A stretch of DNA of 64,000 nucleotides from Chrysomallon squamiferum (lineage: Eukaryota > Animalia > Mollusca). A program made the translations under genes and the position numbers. The notes under the pieces are model-generated. The model did no database searches and was not told the DNA's origin. It worked only from the letters and a program-made list of their open reading frames with translations. The stretch lies in the NCBI GenBank assembly GCA_012295275.1, contig CM022667.1, forward strand, positions 9,734,001 through 9,798,000, in the 5' to 3' direction. How positions within the stretch are numbered: position 1 is the stretch's first letter; each line of letters begins with the position of its first letter. Shown in pieces: positions 36,177-59,747 of the stretch.

Positions 36177-39100
36177 GTATGTGTATATATGTGTGTGTAC
36201 ACACACTTTCAACACATGCACACGAAACGAACACATTCATATACACACAAACGCACACACATACAATCAAATACATTCATACACACACATACATACACGC
36301 ACACATACAAACAAACACATATACATATACACAGGCACGAATATAGTCACAAATCTACATATATGAAGATACACATACACTATACACATTCCTTGATTAG
36401 ATATTGAGGGAAAGATTAACAGATTGTATTATCGTACAAAAAGGCACCGAAAAAAACAACACACACACACAATATCTATGGATATAGTTGAACAGCACCT
36501 TTATATAATAAGCTAGGAAACATCATGTAAAAATAACGTTTAATAATCAGACAGAGAGACCTAGAGACAGACAGACAGACAGAAAAACATTTTATTATAG
36601 TCCTCGCCATTCATAAATAAGCTGATATAAGTAATTACAGCAATACAATCATCATTCTTACTGGATTTACGAGGAAATGAAACAGTCTTTCTTTCTTTCT
36701 TTCTTTCTCACATCCTCATACGCCTGAGTTTAAATACAGTTCAGTTTAGTCATAAAAAAAACCCAGACAGGCACATCATATCGTATTGAAAGGATTATTA
36801 ATAATAACAATATTAGCAATGTGATTATTTTATCCTTAATACCCAAACTCTATAGCACACGCTATAGAGTGAACACTGTGATTCAGTATAAACAATAATT
36901 ACCGTAATAGGATTATCCCACAGGTTTATCCAACTTTCTGATTAATTAACGCTATCTGATAACATGGTTATCTGAGACTTTATGAAGAGGCACGTAATAT
37001 TCATTTAAAAATGACGAAAATATGAAAGGAAACGGTTTTACGTACGTAACACTGGTTAATGATATTGGTATTTTTTTCCTTTGTTTAATGTTTAGTGCCG
37101 CTAAAATCAAAGTAATTAAGATATCATATACCTGTACACACAGAGCGACGGACCAGTTAAGACAGAAGATGATGATGTGTGTAATACACATGTATGCATG
37201 TATGTTCACACATACACATATACATGCAAACATACTCTCTCTCTCTCTCTCTCTAACACACACTCGCTTTCTTTCTCTCGTACAGTCGTCATACACTGAA
37301 AACACACTTTTGGACACAATCATTAGAATATTCACAGTTTAAAAAAAAAAAAAAAAAAAATTCTAAACATGATAAACAACTGAAAAATAATATATTTATT
37401 TTTTCCTTTTCCCCCAACAGCCCTACACGTTTGTTATTTTTAATATTCTGAAATTATTTATTTTCGTGGGCGGACACTGGATATTTTTTCGCCATCTTGA
37501 AAAGGAAACGTTATAGCGTTTTGTCCTATTTTTGTTTGTCTTGTGTTTAAAAACCGACTTTCAGTCTTTCTCCTTCAGGCGTAGAACCCATTTCCTTTCA
37601 CGTTATTTCATTTCTCTTAGAGTTATTTATCTCGTTTTTATTTTTCTCCCTCTAGGCGGCGCTGTCACTTAATATAAATAAAAAAAATATTGTCTCGGTC
37701 TGTAACAAGAAAGAAAACAAAACAACAACAACAAAAAAAAAAAAAAAAAAAAAAAGCATAGCTATCATCATCTAGTTGAATTAATTTAAAAGTCTCTCTC
37801 TCTCTCTCTCTTTGCACCTGTTTTTTCTCTCGCATTCTCTCATTCCCTCTGTTCATTCCTTTCGTAAAACAAAGTAATAATTAAAATATTTTCGCCGACA
37901 AAATCAGTATTAGAGTTATGAACCTTCCTTATTCTTTATTATTATTACAATAATTAGTTTTGTTTTAATTATCATCTCTCTTCATTAACGCCTGTTATTA
38001 ATACCTCTCGTACACTCATCCACGCAGAAAAAAGAAGAAGAAGAAAAAAAGGAAAAATAATAATAATAAAAAGGCATGACGTCAAAAATAAGGTCATCAA
38101 GCAAAACGTGTTTACGTAACACGTGATGGAATGTCGACTAATTGATACTTTCCACCAGCGTCAAACTGAAGTCAACGTTTTGTAGTTTGTTAGTCTTCGA
38201 TTTTGATATTCTTCCTGTGTTTCCGTGATGCACGCATTAATCTTTCATGTCATTCATACACACACATACACACATACATACATACACATTCACCTACCTA
38301 CAAACACACATACGTACATGATATAGACACCACACATGCTAGTTTGTAATATATAATATTCTGTATACATTTATGTGTGAGAATCGTAAGCTGAAAATAT
38401 ATACATACATATTTTAATACAAAAAAAAAAAAAAAAAAAAAAATATATATTAAAAAAATAAATAAATAAAAGAAGAAAATTAATATTCTCCGTTATCTCA
38501 TTCAACAGTTCGTTTCTGCATACAACGGATTAATCAAGGCTTTCTTTGTAATAATAACATTAATCGTAATTAAAACGTGGTGGTACAGATGTATTTTTAA
38601 AAACCGATTTCCGCAAATGTCCATTACTATTAAAAATGGCGGCGGTCACGTCCGCTGATGTTGTTTTACGTTTCCTGTTTGAAACGTCTGAATGGTTTTG
38701 TCGTCTGCTTTGCAAGACTCGCCATTTTCTAGTCGTTTCTGTTCACACGATCTTATCGGATATTAGATTCTTCCACTTACTTTTCTCTCACCTCCTTTTT
38801 TTTTCATTCTTTAAATCGCGATGTTCATTCTTGTGCGGTCTTTTATTAAAACGCAATCATTCATCTTTCTCTTGATGGTGGTTGTAGATCTATGGATTCC
38901 GAGAGTTCCTTCCTATTGGTGTAAAACATACCGATATTCTTTTCGTTAAGATAGTGTTCAGTTGATCTTCTTCTTTTTCTCCTTAATATTTCTTCTTCGC
39001 AAAAATCCATATTTTAACGTTTTGTCTTTTCCCTGGTACAAACGTTCCATTGTTGTCAGTTTAAACACAAGGGCTTTCAATAGTGGGCGATGCTAAAACG

Positions 39101-39201
39101 CAGATCAATGAGGCAGATTGAAGAGGCGATGCGAAAATGTCACATTAAGAATATCGGTCTTTCACTCTAGCTTCTTAAAAAGTACTCTGTTTGTAACAAC
39201 A

Positions 39202-39238
<37 letters not shown>

Positions 39239-39984
39239 AAGAAAAAAAAAAATAAAAAAGAAAGAAAGAAAGAAAAAGTAATTAGAAAAAATATAAATAG
39301 AGGTCACTGTCATTTATAAAAGCCAGAGAAAAATAATGGTATAAAATATATATATTTGGGAAAATATCGTGCGAGGTTTATTTCTCTGCTTGTCATTTGT
39401 AAGTGTGCAGTTTTCTGTCTGTTTGTTTGTTTGTTTTGAGCGCCTTGAATGAATTATGACTGATGTGAAGGGCAGCCGACGTAATTAAAAGGCAATGTTT
39501 AAAGTTACTGTTACACGAAACCGTCGTATAAGCACCAAAGTCTTCTTTTTTTCTTCTTCTTCTTCTTTTTCTTGTTTGTATCACGCCAATTTCTGGTGTA
39601 GGCGATAAAAGTTTGAATTTTCTTTTGTAAAACTTCGACAAAGCAACGAAAGTATTTTTTAAGTCACGTTCATGTAAATGCACCAACGACTGTCTGTGTG
39701 TCCGTCTGTACTAACCAATCATTAAGGCAGAAACACGAATACTGTTTCATTTTCAGATTTTCCAGTAGCAGACCGCACCGGACAGTTCCAAATCATTTGT
39801 ATTCACCTGTTTATAACGTAGGCAACAAATACACGTCTTCCATGATTTCTTTTCCTTTTGTATGACGCCGCCTTAAAATTGGCGCACCAAAGATAATCTG
39901 CAGTTTGTCCCAAACTAAGAGGTCACTTTCATTTTTAACTTTTTTTTATTTGGTGTTATTCCTGTAACCGTCTTGTTGATGAAA

Positions 39985-50012
<10,028 letters not shown>

Positions 50013-50230
50013 CTGCAACAAAACAAAACACAGTTCATTTAAACTTAATGCTAATTATGTGTATGTGTATGTGTATGTGTGTGTGCTTGTGCTTGTGCTT
50101 GTGTGTGTGTGTGTGAGTGTGTATCTATTTGGATATGTACGAACTCAGTATATATGTATGTACATAAGTGTGTATGTATGCATGTATGTTCGTAAGTACG
50201 TACATATATATGTATTTATGAATGAGAGAC

Positions 50231-50315
<85 letters not shown>

Positions 50316-50914
50316 AGAGGCGAAAAGACAGAAAGTCAGACAGATAGATTAAGAAAAGAAAAAACAAACACTACGAAAAAAATTATTCATTATTACGATT
50401 TGTTTTCCGACTGAATCATTATTAATCATATTTATTTTGATCTGGTAATTAATTTTTCTATCACAGTCGCGCAGTTGAAGGGTAAGGCAAAAGTTACGTA
50501 AATCATTCTGACAAGCCGATACTGTCGTTCAGGCTAGACAGATCGATGAATAACCGGAGAACAAATACATCGATAAACAAACGTCGTTAATTCTGCTTGA
50601 TAGTGAAATGGTCCTGGTGTCGTGGTTACGCAGTTTCACCCATTTGTCACGGAAACGCAGAAGCTACGTTTAATTCAATCGGCGAGAATCTCTAGGAGTG
50701 AAAAGTGCAGGACACAAAATGATGTGTTTGACTGTTACAACTGATTGTCAATTAATTGTCGACTGTTCCCAGATAATACGTTTGACGGATAAAGAGTCAA
50801 AAAACAAGCGTCGAAATGAAACAAATAAGGCTTTACATAATACAGAGGCTAACTTGTCTATGATTAATATCTGTCGTTGATCTTTTTCATGGACGTTCAA
50901 GGGTATAATTCTTC

Positions 50915-50966
<52 letters not shown>

Positions 50967-52094
50967 GTGCATGCTCTCATTCTTGCTCTCACTTGCTCAT
51001 TGTCTGACTTACTCATCTGTTCATTCTACTGTTTTCACTCGATCTCAGTTAAACCCAAAACATTAATTTGTACGGTCGATCAATCAGTTCTTTTTCGCGT
51101 TTGATGTTAAATGACAGAATCGATGATTTTTTTGTTTTTGTTTTCGTTCTGAAAAGGAAATGCTAAGTTAGAAGATGAATACCGAGCGGTGAAGGCCGAT
51201 AATATGTCTTACTAAACTCCACAGCTAAACTCGAGCCTTTAGAAACCGAAAAAAACAACAACAAAAAAAAAAAAAAAATCGTGAAATGTTTTGAATTAAA
51301 ATTAATATCGATGCAGACGATATACATTTCGATACTGAAGTGTTATATGATAACAGACGATAATCAAGATAGACGATAATCAAAAACGCCATTTTTATCA
51401 GTACAACAAAGCCCATTTCACATTTGACACAAAGTATCGAATTAACAGCTAACTAAATTATAAATATGGTGCGATAACGGTAAACTGAATAAATATAATT
51501 AACCTATTAAACTGGATACGGAGCATTAAAATTTTATTCAGTTCAACAACATGATTCCATAAGTATGGTTCTATAAAATTAATCACGTTACTCATCTGAT
51601 ATAGAGGTTTAGATTACATTAGCTGCAGACCGGACACAGATAATTATGTTCTATACTAACACCTCTCATTTTAAATTACTGTACACAACTAAGTTATATG
51701 TCTAAGTACAGTACAATAAATGTATTAAAAATATAGCCAGCGCATTCCATTACTCAGTAATCTTCTTTGAGAACATTTAAATTTAAATTCAGTAATTATA
51801 CAATAATTTAATCAGTAGATTAAAAGATTAATATGTAGATATAATGTATACATTTTGAATATAAATCCAAAAATCTTTGTCTCGGTTTTATACAAAACAT
51901 TAAGTTCAATAAATCTAAGTTCTAAACCTGATAAATACATTATGCATTCATACAAATCATAATGAATTCTAAAACAAAACAATTTTTAAAAAACTTATTC
52001 TAACATACACATTAGTTCTAAACCTAACAACAAAACACGATATTTTACAACAAATCATTAAGTCCCATTAGAAGCTTAAATTTCAAACGCGGAA

Positions 52095-52129
<35 letters not shown>

Positions 52130-53079
52130 CCCAAACTGTTATCACTAATATTTCACGGATAAAAACAATGGATTCCATTAACGCATACATTTAACACCGA
52201 TCACAACGTTCACCACGTAAACATTTTCAAGTGGGTCTCTCTCTCGCTCTCCAGCGACTGGGGACTTCTGAACGCGACGTTGACAAAACAATCTTCCTGA
52301 TGGACGGACGCACGTTAACGCACACTGCCCGCCTGTGGGTTGCAGTATCGGGTTTTTCTACGACGTCGGCGACTCCGTGGTCGTTTTTCTAATCCGCTGT
52401 CGCAAGACAAAGTCGCCGTGGGACGCGAAGTCGTCCATACACGGAAAATAAATGAATGTCAGATTCAGCGCCGTCTGCTGTGTTATTGATGCGCTTTAAT
52501 ACGCTGTTAATTCGAAACGTCTGCCGTTTCTCTGATCTCGTTTACTCAGCGTTCTACGTGTCAGCCGTTCAGATCGGCCTGATGTTACTCGCTTAGAAAA
52601 CAGATAGCCATCGATATCTCCGTCATCTGACTATCTGTATATCTCTTTAGTATGTCTGTCTGTTTGTCAGTCTATCTATCTATCTGTCTGTCTATCTATC
52701 TATCTATCTATATATCTATTTATCTATCTATCTATTCTACTTCCGGTCAAGCATACACACAGATATAGTTCTTCTGCTGAATATAAACGGGTTTCAGACA
52801 TATGCTTACAGTACCAGTTTGCATTAAACGCATGCTGTTTCTACTCTTTAACCAAAACCAGTTTCAGTTACACGGTTTGTCTTCTTTACCATCTACAACT
52901 GCCAAACAATTTGGTGTTAAACCAAAAAACTACTTCTACTCTTTATCCTAAACTAGTTCCAGACACAGACGATCTCTCTGCATCTACACGTAACTTCCAG
53001 TTAAAACCATTAAACCCCCCCCCCCACGCAAGTTCTACTACTACACTAACTTAAACCGGTTTCAGATATTCGGACTCAC

Positions 53080-53086
53080 CGTCCAT
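53080..53086 (-). CDS. candidate alternative first coding segment of the RGK gene (ATG GAC G)
   Basis: ATG GAC G|GTGAGT has a consensus phase-1 donor, in frame with the exon at 50012, and lies downstream of ~300 bp of CpG-rich unique sequence. Confidence 0.4.
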
Positions 53087-53399
53087 TGAAAAAAAAAAAA
53101 AAAAAAAACTGTAATTAAATTCTCGGCTTGCTCGACAGGGCAGCTCGTAACAAGTGAAATCAAACCACGAAAGCTCTTCGCTCACCTCGGACACGACGTT
53201 CACTCTCAACCTGACAAGGTCGCTGTCAGACTGTGACAGCAGGTTTTTAAAATACTCGCTCTCCGATTACTCCAGGTTTACTTCTGAGCCGCGGGAGACG
53301 CTGTAAATACTTTTCTTCTTCCGACAGACCGCGGCTATTACTGTCCTCTCAAAACCTTTCTTCGCCGCAGAAGCAAAACTCCGAGTGTCTGAGTACGAG

Positions 53400-53808
53400 T
53401 CGCTTGTTGTTCTCTGGTATCGTGTTGGTCTGTTTGTCGTTCTGTGGCAAGACAATGGTCTATGGCAATTGTTCTGTCGTAAGGGACTCATCCACAGGTT
53501 ACTATTTTATGACAGGGTACTGGTCTGTGGATATTTGTTCCACGGCAAGATACTGGTCTAAAGGTTGTTGTTCTATGATAAGATACTGGTCAATATGATT
53601 ATGTTCTCTGGTACGGTTCTGGTCTATAGGTTACTGTTTTGATATAAGATGATGTAGGTCATTGTTCTGTCATAAAATGGGTGGTCTATAGGTTGTTGTT
53701 CCATGGTAAGGTTATGGTCTTCTGTTTGTTGTTCTTTGTTAAAATCTAGTCTTTAATTTTTTTTTTTTTTTTTTTTGTGGTAAGGTTCTGGTCAATAGAT
53801 TATTGTTT
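53400..53808. repeat. degenerate 33-bp minisatellite, about 11-12 units
   Basis: The TGGTC anchor occurs at 53426, 53456, 53521, 53554, 53587, 53620, 53682 and 53715; consensus is about TGGTCTATAGGTTGTTGTTCTATGATAAGATAC. Confidence 0.8.
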
Positions 53809-54925
53809 ACTGTAATTATGTCTAATTCTGAATTTCTTTTAATATTTTGATGTATTATTAACAGATATTTCATTCATTCATCTATTCTTTCTGTATTTTA
53901 CTTTATACTTCTTTTATATATATACATACACACACACATACACACGCACACATACTTCTAATAGTGATATATTTTTGGCTAATTACATGTTGTTACATTT
54001 TCCTTCGACAGAGATTCAACCTGTTATGTGCTGTTCCTAAGATAAGTCAAGTAGGTAAAACATCGGTCTTCCTATACCCATTAAAAAAATGAAAGAAAGA
54101 AAGGGAAAAATAAAGCCACAAATGTTAATTATAAAAATCAATACCATTTTTGTTTCTTTAAGACGTAGTAGAATAATCAACCTTTTTTTTTTTTTTTTGG
54201 ATTCTAATCCATGGATTTTCAGGCCTATCGTTTCATTGCTTTGTTTTTCTGGTTGTCAGACGTTTGTGTAGGCTTTTTTGAAAAGTACAATAAAACGACG
54301 TCATTTTAAAAGACAAAGCGACCCGTTTTAGTGCAGTTAATCCCTCATTAAACGATTAATTTATTCTGTTGTTATTGTTTAAAAAAAAAAGTGCGTTAGA
54401 AGTATTCTGCATATAAAGAAGACTGTATTTATTTTCGTATTATTTTGTCAAACTTTCACTAGAGTATTGTTGTTGTTGTTGCTGATGTTGTTGTTGTTGT
54501 TATTACTACTGTTGTTATTGTTTATTATTGTTGTTTATTAGATATTGTTGCTGTTATTATTAATTAATTAATTTATTTATCTATGTATGTATATGTATTT
54601 TATTTTATTTTACAAATATATATATACACACACACATACAATATCACACGCACACCCACACGCACACGCCCACACACCCACACGCACACCCCACACACAC
54701 ATACATATATATATATATATCTTTTAATATAATGTCATTTCCCATACCAGACCGTTAATCTTGGTTCCACGAAAACAGAAATTACGCAAAAAAAAGAGGT
54801 TAAAAAGTGTCTGATAAATATAATTTCGTTCTTTAGTTTTTATTGACTGTTTCATGTTTCAAGCACTGTACATATTAATCTATGGTACAGAAAAACGGAA
54901 AATCCAGATATGCGGGTATTATTCT

Positions 54926-55052
<127 letters not shown>

Positions 55053-55374
55053 CTGTGTGTGTGTGTGTTTGTGTCTGTGTGTGTGTGTGTGTCTGTGTGT
55101 TTGTGTGTGTGTTTGTGTCTCTGTGTGTGTGTATGTGCGTGTGTCTATGTCTGTGTGTGTGTGTGTCTGTGAGTGGCATTTACTAATTGTCTTTCATCGC
55201 TAGACAAAGCTTTGCTCAGTGGAGTAAAACGGTTTTAATATGAATCTCATTTTATCCAGCTTTATTCAAGGGATTACGTTAAATGGATGTGACGTAGAAT
55301 GAAGACAATACCTGTTTTTATCTGTTTTAATGTTTGTATCTTATATACCTAGTTTACGTAGGAAATTAAGAAAA

Positions 55375-55452
<78 letters not shown>

Positions 55453-55591
55453 TTATAATTATGATGATGATGATGATGTTGATGATTATAATGGTGATGA
55501 CGATGATAAACTGGCGAATTCAAGCATTATGGCTGACGAACTGAATTAAGTTTCTCAGAACGTCTCCAGAAAATCATATCTTAATGAGATG

Positions 55592-55634
<43 letters not shown>

Positions 55635-56066
55635 TAGGTAACACTTCTCTGTATCTTAATAAAAAAAATGACAGTTAATTCAGAATCACTGACCATATTT
55701 GGTACGAATAAAGAAAATATATCCCCACAATGTTTATATATATATATATATATATATATTTACAAACATTTAAACACACTACAAACTTATAGATAACACA
55801 CAAACAACTTCGTAATATACTGTGCATAAAAAGTCTAAATTGAATTTATTCGTGAATACAAGTTGAATGATTAAAAACAGCGACTTCTAAAAGAACTTTA
55901 TTTTCGTTTAATTTCGCTCCCAGTTGTAATTAATGGTGTTCTTCAAACTAAATGAAAGAAACAAAAACAGTTTAGAAACTCATTTCTGAAAACGGTTTCC
56001 TTGGTAACAAGAAAAGAACGAGGTTTGATTTAAATGAGTGCATTTATCGATCCCGAAAGTAAGAAT

Positions 56067-56163
<97 letters not shown>

Positions 56164-56959
56164 TTTAAATGATTTTCATTCTTACTGCACGAAATAGTAA
56201 CTAACAGTAAATTACAAAAAATTATAAATTTTTAACGGCAACCAGGAAGATCTAAAAAGAGTTTTTATCTTGGAAAATCAAAGCTTGATAACATAGAAAG
56301 TTACAAAAATCGTGGAATTACTTTTCACCAGTCGAACTGATTAACTAAGGCAAGAAACATCTTCCAGCACAGAAGGCTATGTGTTTCATTCAACGACAAG
56401 GAAGACGTAATTGTGCTATTTGAAATGTGTATCTCTATATACTTTTAATTGATTATTTCGGGGCAAAAAGAAATAATTTTACTGATACTTTTTATAAACC
56501 TCATTATTTTCTAAATTAGGAATTATAATTTAAAAAAAAGAAAAAAAAAATCAAAATGAAAAAAAGAAAGAAAGAAAGAACAAATACAATAGTTTCAGGA
56601 TCTAAATAAATCAAAACGTGTTCTGGAATAAGAAGCCATCAATTGTTGTGAAGGAGGAAGTCACGTGATGAAAGACAAAATGAACCATCACGTAAGAAGA
56701 GTTCTTTCCTGTTTGTGAAGACAAATCAAGGAACCGAGCTAAAGAAAATTCGAAATAAAAGATTTTTATCAGACTCAGAGATGTAAATCACGCAGACCTT
56801 GTTAAAACAGTGATATAACACAGTGTATCACTGACAGTCTGTCTGTCTGTCTGTCTGTAGATCTGTCTGATTGATGGAATGATATATGACGAGCTTAATC
56901 CTCTAGTGTAATTTGTAAAGAGTGTGATGTGTTAATTTGTATAATGAAGAACAAAGCAA

Positions 56960-56990
<31 letters not shown>

Positions 56991-57880
56991 AATACCGAAC
57001 CGTTTTGCCTTGAAGTTTGATGAATCCCAACGAACAATGTTATGACGTCATTCAATTGTTTTACGTCACATAGACATCTGAATTCTACTGAATCTGGCAT
57101 AACATTTGATTCATTTTGTTTCGGTTAGAATTATTTATTTTGCTTTTCTTCAATATATTTTCTTTATTTCTTTCTTTATTTCTTTCTTTCCTTCCTTATT
57201 TCTTTTGTTGTTGTTTCCATTTTCGTTTTTCGTTTAGTTTTTTAAATTTTAGTTCTTGTCATTCTTCTTTCTAGTTTCTTCTTCTTATTGTTATTAATGT
57301 TATTGTTCTAGTAGTAATAGTACCAATATCAGTAATGATATCAACAGCAACAACATCACCAACAACACCGGTAGTAACTGTTGTCGTCGTTGCTCGTGCA
57401 ATAATAGAGCTTGTGGTAAAAGCAATGGTAAAATGGATCACAAACGAATACCGCAACAAGTCAAACTATCACATCCCCGTCGAGTTTGTACCTAGAACGC
57501 ACGCACTCGAACTCCTGGACCGTGTAAAACCATGACGTGAAAAAAGAAATAGCAGAAGTTTTGTGTAAACCAGATGCATGCAAGAACGATGAGGAAATAA
57601 CGAACGTAATCAACGCCTTCCGCGAACTTCCCTACCCAAAGTAATAAAAGACCGCTTGATAAAAACTTGTTACACGAACTAATTACGTCACAGCTGCGAA
57701 GGAGAAGTAACAAATAGACAGACCTCCGTTCCTTCTTAATAAGCAGACGTGAAATGAAGAACTCAACTGTCGTCTGCTTAAGTTTGCAACCATTTTTTTT
57801 TTTTTTTTTTTTTTTTTTTAGTCTCAGGCAGTAGTCTGCTTTTTGGATATTTTTATTTGATAGCTTTTCGATCTTTAGTA

Positions 57881-57921
<41 letters not shown>

Positions 57922-58663
57922 ATACATACATAATACATACATACATACATACAAAAATAAATAAATAATAAAACGGGTTTAGTTTTGTCTTATCAAATAG
58001 ATCTATACCAAAAAAAAAAAAAAAAAAAAAGTAACAACTAAAATAAAAAAAAATAAAAATAAATAAAAACAATTAGTTTTGTAGCTTTTTGTTTTTTTTG
58101 TGATCGTAAAAATGGATTCCTCTGATCTAGGGCGAGACTGTATTCACTTGTACGCTCATTAAGATATTGCCCGTTACGAGCCCGTCATGCACTAATGACG
58201 TCATAATCAAACGTCATGGTTTTTACTGTCCAGTCCATGGGAAGGTGCACAAAACAGATTTTTTATTGATAAGTGTCTATGCATACCGCCAGTTACTGTC
58301 ACACTCATTATTTCACGTACTCGCACCGTAACAACATTCTCCTTGACTTAATTAGTAACGCTGGTTACAACAGCAGCTACAGCGAGGTCAAATGATTGTT
58401 AGACATCTTTACATGACAGCTGCACTCAGCTGATAACTCAATTGCTCTGGCTCGGTGCGGTCGTATTGTGTGTATTTCTTAACATTACCACTGGTCTTGT
58501 TGTATGTAGTGGTGGTTGAAGTGACACTAGTATGATGTGTGGTTGTGGTAGTTGTGGTATTGGTTGAAGTAGCAGTGAAATAGAAACAGTAGTATATTAT
58601 TAATAATAGTTGTTCTTGTTGTTGTAATGACTGTAGCAGTAGCAGCAGCAGTAGTAATAATAA

Positions 58664-58699
<36 letters not shown>

Positions 58700-59568
58700 C
58701 AATAGTAGTAGTAATAATAGCAGCAGCTGCAAACGTAGTAGTAGTTGTTGTTGTAGTAGCAGCAGTAGTACTAGTAGAAGTAGCCGCTGTAGTAGTTGCA
58801 ACAACAACATCAACACCAAACACGTATTTGCGCACAAGCAGATGTCTGAGTCTTACATGTGTGTATGTCTGTTTGTGTGTATGTGTTACTGGTATGTGTG
58901 AAAACTCGCAGTCATCGAATAAACTATTATAAACAAGCAGCAGAAACATCGCTTTATGTCCTCTCGTAAAACTCACCTTCCACAGACGCACAGACACACA
59001 CAGACAACGTTTCTCAGTTCGAAAGTAAATAGACCTAAAATTCCATTAACTAAAGAGCCCGGACCTCTTTAAAGAACGCTAACTCCACAGCCGAAATAGA
59101 TGGCCTAGACGCAGTGAGTGTTAAATATAATTTTCTTTTACTAATGCGACGTGCAGATTAGGTTCCAGAGGGAGGGGCAACGAAAAAGAGGGGAAAACAT
59201 AAAAAATAAAAAATCTCATGAAAGTGTTAGGAAACGTTTTTTCTCTTTGAATGTAATTACAAAAATAAAACACACACACACACACACACACGGACGATCG
59301 TCTGCAGGCAGAATGCAATTAACTCAAAACAAATGCGGTTCCGCGTTAAAGGGAGTCGCTCGTTAGTTTTGTTTTCACATCTGATTCGTATTATGTCTAT
59401 TTTGTTTTACAGTGCTGCGTATCGGATGTCAAAGTCAAGTGAAAGATATGTGTCATCAAGCTCTGTATTTTACACACACTTTCTGTTCTTTCGATTTCTC
59501 ACTCTGTATTTTGTTCCTACTCTTTTACTTTATTTCTGTTTATTCTTTTGTAATGACTTTTTCGCATT

Positions 59569-59747
<179 letters not shown>

